This document shows positions 56,878 through 64,000 of a stretch of DNA of 64,000 nucleotides, one piece after another. Source of the stretch: Minisyncoccota bacterium (lineage in GTDB: Bacteria; Patescibacteriota; Minisyncoccia; UBA6257; 2-01-FULL-56-20); contig JBAYLC010000001.1 of NCBI GenBank assembly GCA_041664245.1, positions 22,654-86,653 on the forward strand, written 5' to 3'. The notes beneath the pieces were generated by a model. It had not been told where the DNA came from. It was given only the letters and a program-made list of their open reading frames with translations, and searched no databases. Position 1 is the first letter of the stretch. Every line of letters begins with the position of its first letter. The position numbers were made by a program, and so were the translations under genes.

Positions 56878-58665
56878 ATGGACCATATTCGTAATTTCGT
56901 TATTATCGCCCATATTGATCACGGCAAATCCACCCTTGCGGATCGACTTCTTGAATTCACTCACACCGTTGAAACCCGCAAGATGCGGCCGCAATATCTT
57001 GACCGTCTTGATCTAGAACGGGAACGGGGGATAACCATTAAAATGGCACCCGTCCGTATGGCCTACACCTTTAATTCCAAACCCTACACCCTCAACTTGA
57101 TCGATACTCCTGGGCACAGCGATTTTTCTTACGAAGTTTCGCGGGCGTTGGCGGCCGTTGAGGGGGCGGTTCTTTTAGTTGACGCTTCTAAAGGGATCCA
57201 AGCCCAAACCCTTTCTAATTTTCGCGCCGCCCAAAAAGCCGGCTTAAAAATAATTGGCGCCGTAAATAAAGTCGATCTTAATCCCGCCAACCTTGATAAA
57301 ATAATTTCTTCGCTCGCAACCTTATTAAATAAAAGCGAAAAAGAAATCCTGCGCCTCTCCGGAAAAAATGGCGAAGGTGTTGAAGAGTTACTCGAAGCAA
57401 TCATCACTCAATTTCCGCCGCCAAAAGAATCCAGCCACTCAATAAAAGTGAATAATGAAGCCGCGGCCCAAGCTTTGATTTTTGACTCTCTCTATGACGA
57501 TCACAAAGGCATTTTGGCTTTTGTTAGAAATTTAAGCGGAGAAATTAAAGCCGGCGAGGAAGTTCATCTTCTTGGCAACGGCAAAAAAATGAAAATAAAA
57601 GAAGTTGGTTATTTTGTTCCCGAATTTTTACCGTCGGCGGGAATTAAAGCTAGTGAAATCGGTTACATTGCCACCGGGCTCAAAGAGCCGGATTTTATCA
57701 AAATTGGTGACACGATTTCCAATTCTCCGCTCGTTCCAATTTTGCCTGGCTATCGTGAACCCGGTCCGGTTGTTTTTATCTCTTTCTATCCAAATGGCCA
57801 AACCAATTTTAATGATTTAAAAAAGGGATTCTCTAAGCTTCGCCTAAGTGACTCCGCTCTAAATTACGAACCCGAAGCCAATGAAGCGCTGGGACGGGGA
57901 TTGAAAGTTGGTTTTTTGGGCCAACTCCATTTTGAAATAACGGTAAGCCGCCTCAAGGATGAATTCAATCTTGATTTCTTAACTAGCTTTCCTTCGGTAG
58001 CTTATCGAGTGCGAGTTGGCGCCAAAGATTACATTATTAAACAGCCCCGTGATTTTCCCGATAAGCCGGATCGAGTCTATCAGCCGATGATATCCCTAGA
58101 AATTCTCACTCCGCCCGAATATCTTAGCCAAGTTGTGAATCTAAAAAATATCTTTGATTTAGAAATCAAAGAAGTTGTGAATCTTTCTGAGAATGTTTTG
58201 ATTATGGGCGTTATGCCTCTGGCGGAATTAATCCGCGATTTTGACGACCAGCTTAAATCAATTTCCGCTGGGTTCGCTTCGTTTAGTTATGAGTTGGCTG
58301 GTGAGGCGGAAGCGCAAGTCGAAAAATTGGAAATTGTTGTTGCTAATGATATCGTTCCCGCGCTAACCAGAATTGTTCCCAAAAAAGATCTAGATCACGA
58401 AGCGCGAACTTCGGTTGAAAAACTAAAAAAACTTCTACCCCACGAACAATTCACTCAAGCGATCCAAGCCAAATCCGGCGGTCGGATTATCGCTCGGGAA
58501 ACCATCGCCGCTATGCGCAAAGACGTGACCGGCTATCTTTATGGCGGCGACCGAAGCCGAAAAATGAAACTTTGGAAAAAGCAGAAACGGGGAAAAGAAA
58601 GGTTAAAGGATATGGCAAGGGTCATAGTGCCCGTGGAGGTTTTTCGGGAAATTTTAAAGAAATAA
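56878..58665 (+). CDS. lepA: Elongation factor 4 (LepA)
   Basis: 595 aa. G1 AHIDHGKST. DTPGH motif. NKVD motif. LepA-specific C-terminal domain. Confidence 0.92.
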   Translation: MDHIRNFVIIAHIDHGKSTLADRLLEFTHTVETRKMRPQYLDRLDLERERGITIKMAPVRMAYTFNSKPYTLNLIDTPGHSDFSYEVSRALAAVEGAVLLVDASKGIQAQTLSNFRAAQKAGLKIIGAVNKVDLNPANLDKIISSLATLLNKSEKEILRLSGKNGEGVEELLEAIITQFPPPKESSHSIKVNNEAAAQALIFDSLYDDHKGILAFVRNLSGEIKAGEEVHLLGNGKKMKIKEVGYFVPEFLPSAGIKASEIGYIATGLKEPDFIKIGDTISNSPLVPILPGYREPGPVVFISFYPNGQTNFNDLKKGFSKLRLSDSALNYEPEANEALGRGLKVGFLGQLHFEITVSRLKDEFNLDFLTSFPSVAYRVRVGAKDYIIKQPRDFPDKPDRVYQPMISLEILTPPEYLSQVVNLKNIFDLEIKEVVNLSENVLIMGVMPLAELIRDFDDQLKSISAGFASFSYELAGEAEAQVEKLEIVVANDIVPALTRIVPKKDLDHEARTSVEKLKKLLPHEQFTQAIQAKSGGRIIARETIAAMRKDVTGYLYGGDRSRKMKLWKKQKRGKERLKDMARVIVPVEVFREILKK

Positions 58666-58688
58666 CTTTTAGACTATAATTCTAAGGA

Positions 58689-58988
58689 ATGAAACCAACT
58701 ATCCTTTCCTTCTTATGCGTTTTGATCTTGTTAGTCGGTTTTCAAGTCACCTCATTTTTAATTGACAAAAGTGAAGCGGTAAAAAAATTCGAAGCCGCTA
58801 AAATGGAATTTAATAAAGCTAAGGCTGAAAAAAGTGCTGCCGAGTCCGATCTAAACTATTTAGCCAATCCCTTAAATCTTGAAAAAGAATTTCGCAGCCG
58901 GTTTAATCTTGTTCGCCCGGGTGAGAAGTTAACTATCATTATTCCCGAAAATACTTCTTCTACTTCTAGCTCAACTTCAAATCCCTGA
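58689..58988 (+). CDS. Septum-formation-initiator (FtsB/DivIC-like) protein
   Basis: 99 aa. N-terminal TM. Coiled coil. LEKEFRSRFNLVRPGEKL resembles the FtsB C-terminal motif. Confidence 0.5.
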   Translation: MKPTILSFLCVLILLVGFQVTSFLIDKSEAVKKFEAAKMEFNKAKAEKSAAESDLNYLANPLNLEKEFRSRFNLVRPGEKLTIIIPENTSSTSSSTSNP

Positions 58989-58991
58989 TTT

Positions 58992-59597
58992 ATGTTCAAA
59001 AAATACCGTCCTTATATTATTTTTATCGGTTTGATCTGTCTCGGCCTAGTCGCCATTTTTCTTATCTCTTCCGGTTACTATCCGATCATCTCGGTTAATA
59101 GTCGTCTTTTAAGCGCCCGAAAATTTTGGAAAGACTATCAGGCCAACGCTGTCTATTACCAAAACCTTATCAGCATCTATGGTTCGGCGGCTGCTTTGAC
59201 TAATTCTTCTGATACTATTTCTACTGCGGAAGATTTAAAAGTTTCCGTGTTAAATAAAATTATTGAAAATAGCTTAATCAGCGAGCAAGTTAAAAAAGAG
59301 TTAGGGGCGGACGCGGAAGAAATTATCCAGAACAAAATTAAAAACTTAGAGAATGATGAGGTCCTAAAAATTGGCGCCCAAAAAATGTACGGATTGAGCT
59401 ACAATGACTTTAAGGATGAAATTTTAATTCCTAAAGCCGAACAGGAAATTCTCGCCGGCCGCCTTTTTCTGAAAGGGGGTAAGCTGGAGGATTGGCTTCT
59501 GTCTCAAAAAAAATCCAGCCGAATTAAATTATTCTCTTCGGAATTTTATTGGGATGGCTTTTCAGTCAAGCAGGCAGCGACTCCGGTTTCAAATTGA
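58992..59597 (+). CDS. Hypothetical membrane-anchored protein (SurA-N-like chaperone domain possible)
   Basis: 201 aa. N-terminal TM. Confidence 0.4.
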   Translation: MFKKYRPYIIFIGLICLGLVAIFLISSGYYPIISVNSRLLSARKFWKDYQANAVYYQNLISIYGSAAALTNSSDTISTAEDLKVSVLNKIIENSLISEQVKKELGADAEEIIQNKIKNLENDEVLKIGAQKMYGLSYNDFKDEILIPKAEQEILAGRLFLKGGKLEDWLLSQKKSSRIKLFSSEFYWDGFSVKQAATPVSN

Positions 59598-59705
59598 ACC
59601 CCCAGATTATTAGTGGTAGATTATTAACCAAGCGGGATTAGCTTGCCCCGCCCCAATACTGGCGGGGTGAAGTAATACACGACCTTCTTTCCGTTAAGAA
59701 TAAAC

Positions 59706-59745
59706 GCAGGATTAGTATAGTGGCAGTACGTAACCTTCTTCCCGT
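59706..59745 (+). pseudogene. tRNA 5'-half-like fragment (acceptor GCAGGAT + D-arm GTAT-AGTGGCA-GTAC)
   Basis: Resembles the 5' half of the adjacent tRNA-Gly. No T-arm follows. Confidence 0.4.
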
Positions 59746-59794
59746 TTTATACAAATCTTTGATTTGTCCATAAAACGCAATCCCGCCAAATTTT

Positions 59795-59865
59795 GCGAGA
59801 GTAGTACAATGGCAGTACACTAGCTTCCCAAGCTAGAAACGCGGGTCCGATTCCCGTCTCTCGCT
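59795..59865 (+). tRNA. tRNA-Gly (CCC)
   Basis: 71 nt. Acceptor GCGAGAG/CTCTCGC. Anticodon loop TTCCCAA. T-loop TCCGATT. CCA encoded (to 59868). Confidence 0.9.
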
Positions 59866-59900
59866 CCAACAAGCAGAATTTGGGTGGGACTAAGGTTAAA

Positions 59901-59927
59901 GCGCCGGTCCGATTCCGGTATCCTGCT
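59901..59927 (+). pseudogene. tRNA 3'-half-like fragment (T-arm GCCGG-TCCGATT-CCGGT + acceptor ATCCTGC-T)
   Basis: The acceptor strand is the exact complement of GCAGGAT at 59706-59712. Confidence 0.4.
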
Positions 59928-60045
59928 CAAAAACGAGGGTTCGGCTTACCCCGTCAAAATCACTTCAGGGATTTTATACGGGGTTCCCCTTATCCCGCTC
60001 ATTTAGAAAGTCTTCCCCGCTGAAGAGGGACTTGACTTTCAAATG

Positions 60046-60080
60046 TCCCGAGTGAGGTCGCCTAAGGCGACCGACGAGGG
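60046..60080. repeat. Repeat-family copy 3 (7-bp palindromic stem GGTCGCC-taa-GGCGACC)
   Basis: TCCCGAGTGAGGTCGCCTAAGGCGACCGACGAGGG. 33 nt downstream of the minus-strand ABC permease gene end. Confidence 0.7.
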
Positions 60081-60112
60081 CTACATTATCGTGGCGGGGC
60101 AGCAATCCATGT

Positions 60113-60880
60113 CTATACCCCCTTCCTTAATAAGCTCAAAAAGAACAAAGCCGCCGCCACGATTATTACTGTCGGCCCTAATTCCGTGCCATATCGCGAA
60201 GATATCAAAATTCCCGAAATCATCGACACCAAACTCACTATCGCTGAAATCAATAAGAAGCTTTTTAAATTACCCGTTAGCTGTCTCGCCACCGCTGCTG
60301 GTATAATCGCCAGCGATCCCGCCAGCAACGCTCCTAAAAATTTCAAACCTAAAATTATTGTGAGCGCGAAAGCTAGAATAAAAAATAGATCCAATTTATT
60401 CGTATCAACTCCGGTCGCCTTGGCTAAATCTTTAGAAAAAAGATTCAGCACTAACTCATCTTTATATTTTATTACAAACCAAATAATCAGAGTTGCGCAA
60501 ATTAATCCTATAATAAAAATCGGCCAGGAAATTCCCTGAAATCGGCCGAAAAGAGCGTCGATTAATTCTTCGCTGGTGGTGAGCATTGCTCCCAAAGCCA
60601 AGGCGGATGTAAAAACCACCCCGATTGTCGTCTCCGTCGAAAGACCGGTTTTCTGTTCCAGCTTCCAAATTAAAATTGCGCCGATCAAAAGTGCCGCCGC
60701 CGCGCCAATTATGGGATTGACTGTAAAAATAATTGCTATCCCGATTCCAGGAAGCGCCACGTGAGAAATCGCGTCCGCCGCGAGCGTCATTCGTTTCATC
60801 AGCGCGAAAGCGCCAATCAGTCCGGCCGTGACTGCTGTCAAAATCGCGATAATTATTGAAAATATCTCGTTTAATGCCAT
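60113..60880 (-). CDS. ABC-3 family metal (Zn/Mn) transporter permease
   Basis: 255 aa. 8 TM helices. ZnuB/MntB-like. Confidence 0.8.
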   Translation of the reverse strand: MALNEIFSIIIAILTAVTAGLIGAFALMKRMTLAADAISHVALPGIGIAIIFTVNPIIGAAAALLIGAILIWKLEQKTGLSTETTIGVVFTSALALGAMLTTSEELIDALFGRFQGISWPIFIIGLICATLIIWFVIKYKDELVLNLFSKDLAKATGVDTNKLDLFFILAFALTIILGLKFLGALLAGSLAIIPAAVARQLTGNLKSFLLISAIVSLVSMISGILISSRYGTELGPTVIIVAAALFFLSLLRKGV

Positions 60881-60883
60881 TGG

Positions 60884-61588
60884 TTATTTATGGGGATGTT
60901 TATGTTCGTAATATTGGTGAGGCACTCCGTATAGTTTTTTCAAAACTTCTGGATTAAGTGTTTTTCTCGGCGTCCCATAACAAACTCCTTCCCGGTTAAG
61001 GCACAACACTTTTGTGGCGTATTGATAAACAATACTAATATCATGTGATACCAAAACCACCGTCAATTTATATTGTTTTTGTAGCTTATGGATAAGTTCA
61101 TAAATTTGCTCTTCACCGGTCTGGTCGATACTAGCCGTCGGTTCGTCGAATAAAATAAGATTTGGTTTGCCTAATAGAGCAAAGGCGACAAGCGCTCTTT
61201 GAAACTGTCCACCCGAAAGCTGGCCGATTGGCTTATTAAAAATTTCTTTATCCAAGCCCACCGAATCCACTACCGCTTTAATCTCGCTAGCCGGTTCGCC
61301 AATAATTCTCGCCTTTGCGTGTAAAAAATCTCCAAGGTTAATCGGCAAGTGGAGATCGGCCTCAATCTTTTGAGGCACATAGCCGATTTTAATTCCGGGA
61401 GCGATTTTAATTTCTCCCTCGTAAATAAAACCGCCTAAAATTGTTTTTAAAAGCACAGTCTTGCCGGAACCATTAGGTCCGATGATTGTTAGATTATCTC
61501 CCGGTTGAACATCAAAACTAAGATTACTTATAATCGTGTGATGTTTCAGATTCACCGTTAGATTTCTAATACTTAGAATCGGCTGCAT
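60884..61588 (-). CDS. ABC transporter ATP-binding protein (ZnuC-like)
   Basis: 234 aa. Walker A GPNGSGKT. Signature LSGGQFQR. Walker B ILFDEP. Confidence 0.85.
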   Translation of the reverse strand: MQPILSIRNLTVNLKHHTIISNLSFDVQPGDNLTIIGPNGSGKTVLLKTILGGFIYEGEIKIAPGIKIGYVPQKIEADLHLPINLGDFLHAKARIIGEPASEIKAVVDSVGLDKEIFNKPIGQLSGGQFQRALVAFALLGKPNLILFDEPTASIDQTGEEQIYELIHKLQKQYKLTVVLVSHDISIVYQYATKVLCLNREGVCYGTPRKTLNPEVLKKLYGVPHQYYEHKHPHK

Positions 61589-61732
61589 TCCTTAAATTCT
61601 AGTAAATTTTCCGGTTTTTAGGAAATTCTGTAATATAAAAATAAATTGCCGTTTACTCCTTTTTCCCCTAAAATTCACCCAAGTATAGGTCGTCAGTCAT
61701 TAAACATCTATCATCTAACCTTTATTACTTCT

Positions 61733-63427
61733 ATGCCCGGTTCCGTTTCCGAAACAATTAAAGAAAAGCTTGATGTTGCCGACTTTTTAAAGGGTTATCT
61801 TAATCTTCAGCCGGCTGGTAGAAACTTCAAAGCTCTTTGTCCGTTCCATAAGGAAAAAACCCCTTCCTTTATGATTTCCCCCGAACGCCAAAATTGGCAT
61901 TGTTTTGGCTGTAATTTAGGTGGGGACATTTTTTCTTTTTTGATGCGCTATGAAAATATTGAATTTGCCGAGGCTCTTAAAATTCTCGCCGAGCGCGCCG
62001 GCGTTGAATTGGCCCGAGTTAGCTCCGGTGAATATAAATATTTTGGCTTGCTCTACGACATTAATGAAGCAGCTAAAAAATATTTTCAAAAAGAACTCGT
62101 TCGGTCCGAATCAGCTCGAAAATACTTAACCGATCGGGGATTGAAAGAAGAAACAATCAATGAGTTTGAGATTGGTTTTGCTCCCAATCTACCGGATGCT
62201 CTTAATCTTTTTTTTGCCAACAATTCCAATTTTCGGCCCGACGATATTCTTCGCGCTGGTTTAGGCGTAAAAAGCGAGCGCGGCCGCCAGTTCGATCGTT
62301 TTCGTGGCCGGGTTATGTTTCCGATTTGTAATAGCCTCGGAAAAGTTGTTGGTTTCACCGGCCGCATTTTACCCGAATTTGATATCGGCCAATTTGGGAA
62401 ATATGTGAATAGTCCGGAAACTCCAATTTTCAACAAATCAAAAGTTCTCTACGGTTTCTCCAAAAGCAAAGAATTTATCCGAGATGAGAAATCGGTATTT
62501 ATGGTCGAAGGGCAAATGGATTTATTGATGAGTTATCAGGCCGGCATCAAAAATGTCGTGGCTACTTCCGGCACCGCTCTTACTCCCGACCATCTTAAGC
62601 TCCTTCGCCGTTTGACCGAAGAGATAGTTCTAAACTTTGATAGCGATGAAGCCGGCCTGGCAGCCGGGGAGCGGGCCATTGACTTAGCGGAGAGCTTCGA
62701 CTTTAATGTAAAGGTTGTAGTTTTAAAGGATTTTAAAGATCCTGCCGAGGCCGTGGAAAAAGATCCAGCTGGCCTGCTAACGGCGATAACAAAAGCCACT
62801 CCTGCCCCGGAATTTTATTTTGAACGTTATCTGCCCAAAGGCGCAGATTACAGCTCCCGGGAAATGCTTCGCAGTCTTCGAGTGGTTCTCGGAAAAATTA
62901 AAAATATCCAAAGCGCGGTCAGTCGCGAGTTTTGGTTAAAACAATTATCCAAACGCGTCGGTATTAGCGAGAAAACTCTCGCTGAAGAATCCGAGGGGCT
63001 TGCCGCCAAATCTTCTGAAAATAAAGAAGAATCCGATTTAAATAATATAGAAGAAAGAAAAATTTCCCGCCGCGAACTTCTTTCTGAGCGGCTAATCTCT
63101 GCCGCGCTTCAGCGAAATAATTTAGCGGTTGTCGAAGACGTTGCCGAGTGCCTTCCTGTCCGTTATCAAAATATTGTCACTCTGCTCGAAAGAGGGGATA
63201 AGCGCAGTCCCGACCCGAAAATTGATCAAATTTTAAATTTAGTTATCCTGCGTTCGGAAGAAATAGGCGACGCCGAACTAGCTGGCGTTAAGAAACATCT
63301 CCGCCTTGAATTCCAAAAAGACCGGCATCTGGAAATAACCGCAAAAATTAGAGAAGCGGAATTAAATAAAGACGAATCGTCTCTAAAAATATCAATTGAA
63401 GAACTTCGCAAACTAGACCACGTTTAA
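61733..63427 (+). CDS. dnaG: DNA primase
   Basis: CHC2 zinc finger CPFHKEKTPSF...HCFGC. TOPRIM domain. Start chosen at ATG 61733; the tracked ORF starts at 61646. Confidence 0.88.
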   Translation: MPGSVSETIKEKLDVADFLKGYLNLQPAGRNFKALCPFHKEKTPSFMISPERQNWHCFGCNLGGDIFSFLMRYENIEFAEALKILAERAGVELARVSSGEYKYFGLLYDINEAAKKYFQKELVRSESARKYLTDRGLKEETINEFEIGFAPNLPDALNLFFANNSNFRPDDILRAGLGVKSERGRQFDRFRGRVMFPICNSLGKVVGFTGRILPEFDIGQFGKYVNSPETPIFNKSKVLYGFSKSKEFIRDEKSVFMVEGQMDLLMSYQAGIKNVVATSGTALTPDHLKLLRRLTEEIVLNFDSDEAGLAAGERAIDLAESFDFNVKVVVLKDFKDPAEAVEKDPAGLLTAITKATPAPEFYFERYLPKGADYSSREMLRSLRVVLGKIKNIQSAVSREFWLKQLSKRVGISEKTLAEESEGLAAKSSENKEESDLNNIEERKISRRELLSERLISAALQRNNLAVVEDVAECLPVRYQNIVTLLERGDKRSPDPKIDQILNLVILRSEEIGDAELAGVKKHLRLEFQKDRHLEITAKIREAELNKDESSLKISIEELRKLDHV

Positions 63428-63431
63428 TAAT

Positions 63432-64000
63432 ATGCCCAAAAAAAATAAAAAAACTTCCAAAAAGAAAATCGTCAAAAAGAAAGTTGTTAAGAAAGTTAAG
63501 AAGGCGAAGAAGATCAAGAAAATCGCCAAAAAAGCCAAGCCGGTTAAAAAGAAAATAAAAATCGGCAAAAAGAAGGCTAAGCCTGTTTCCAAAAAGAAAA
63601 AAGAAAAAGTTGTCCCCAAAACTAGCGCCCAGCTCAATGAGGAAGCGCTTAATGAGCTTATTCAATCCGGCCGCCCCCGTGGTTTTGTGACCGATAACGA
63701 AATTCTTTATTACTTTCCCAATATCGAGCAGGACATCACTTTCCTTGATGAAATTTATGATCGGCTCGATAAAGCCGGTATAAAAGTGATTGAAACTAGC
63801 GCCCTTATCGATATCCCCAAAGAAGAGCCTAACCAAAAAGAACTCCAGCGTTTCTCCGAATTTGAAACTGATGTTCCCGATGCCGTTCAAGCGTATTTGA
63901 AAGAAATCGGCAAAACCCCGCTTTTAACTAAAGATGACGAAAGAGAATTAGCCAAGCGTTCCGAAAAAGGAGACGAAGAAGCCCGCCAGCGGCTGATGAA
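63432..64000 (+). CDS. rpoD: RNA polymerase sigma factor RpoD (5' portion; continues beyond window) with Lys-rich N-terminal extension
   Basis: MPKKNKKTSKKKIVKKKVVKK... followed by region 1.2 DAVQAYLKEIGKTPLLTKDDE. dnaG-rpoD synteny. Confidence 0.85.
   Translation, partial: MPKKNKKTSKKKIVKKKVVKKVKKAKKIKKIAKKAKPVKKKIKIGKKKAKPVSKKKKEKVVPKTSAQLNEEALNELIQSGRPRGFVTDNEILYYFPNIEQDITFLDEIYDRLDKAGIKVIETSALIDIPKEEPNQKELQRFSEFETDVPDAVQAYLKEIGKTPLLTKDDERELAKRSEKGDEEARQRLM

Noticed and set aside
60043-60306. 87-aa + strand ORF overlapping repeat copy 3 and the 3' end of the ABC permease gene
   Set aside because: Lies antisense to a well-supported permease gene and starts inside a non-coding repeat; low-complexity Pro/Ser-rich translation.

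Overview
This 64-kb window reads as a low-GC, gene-dense, mostly housekeeping region; an affiliation with small-genome Patescibacteria/CPR-type bacteria is an inference only. Coding is almost all on the + strand.

Contents, start to end:
- A complete type IV pilus module (207-8649): pilB, pilT, pilC, a major pilin, pilD, and three or four minor-pilin-like genes.
- ligA.
- An 898-aa cell-surface protein on the - strand with an unusual internal second signal-peptide-like segment.
- tRNA-Asp.
- gatC and gatA, with gatB lying 29 kb away.
- murD.
- An initiator-like tRNA-Met and an elongator tRNA-Met.
- pheS, a DMT transporter, the CCA-adding enzyme, dut, tRNA-Pro and tRNA-Ala.
- A 23S-5S rRNA operon with no linked 16S. 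The 23S carries a ~350-nt intervening sequence in the helix 9/10 region and an extended helix 45.
- A SEDS-family (FtsW/RodA) gene and mltG.
- A single 2274-aa ORF in which rpoB and rpoC are fused.
- rpsF, ssb, rplK, tmk, gatB, miaA, thrS, serS and alr.
- FtsQ-like and FtsB-like genes, lepA, tRNA-Gly, a ZnuBC-like ABC pair, dnaG, and the 5' part of rpoD with a lysine-rich N-terminus.

No CRISPR array, transposase, integrase or recognisable defence system is present; stop codons TAA, TGA and TAG are all in use, so the genetic code looks standard.

The most unusual signals are non-coding:
- A repeated ~35-45-nt hairpin motif (CCCGAG-stem-CGAGGG) sits next to three tRNA genes, and its stems vary in a compensatory way.
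- The 3' end of tRNA-Asp is duplicated exactly.
- tRNA-half-like fragments flank tRNA-Gly.
- A three-stem structured RNA candidate lies between tRNA-Ala and a membrane-protein gene.
- A compound 20-bp perfect inverted-repeat hairpin follows that gene.

I could not identify a clear multi-gene novel system with confidence. The candidates above are offered as leads.
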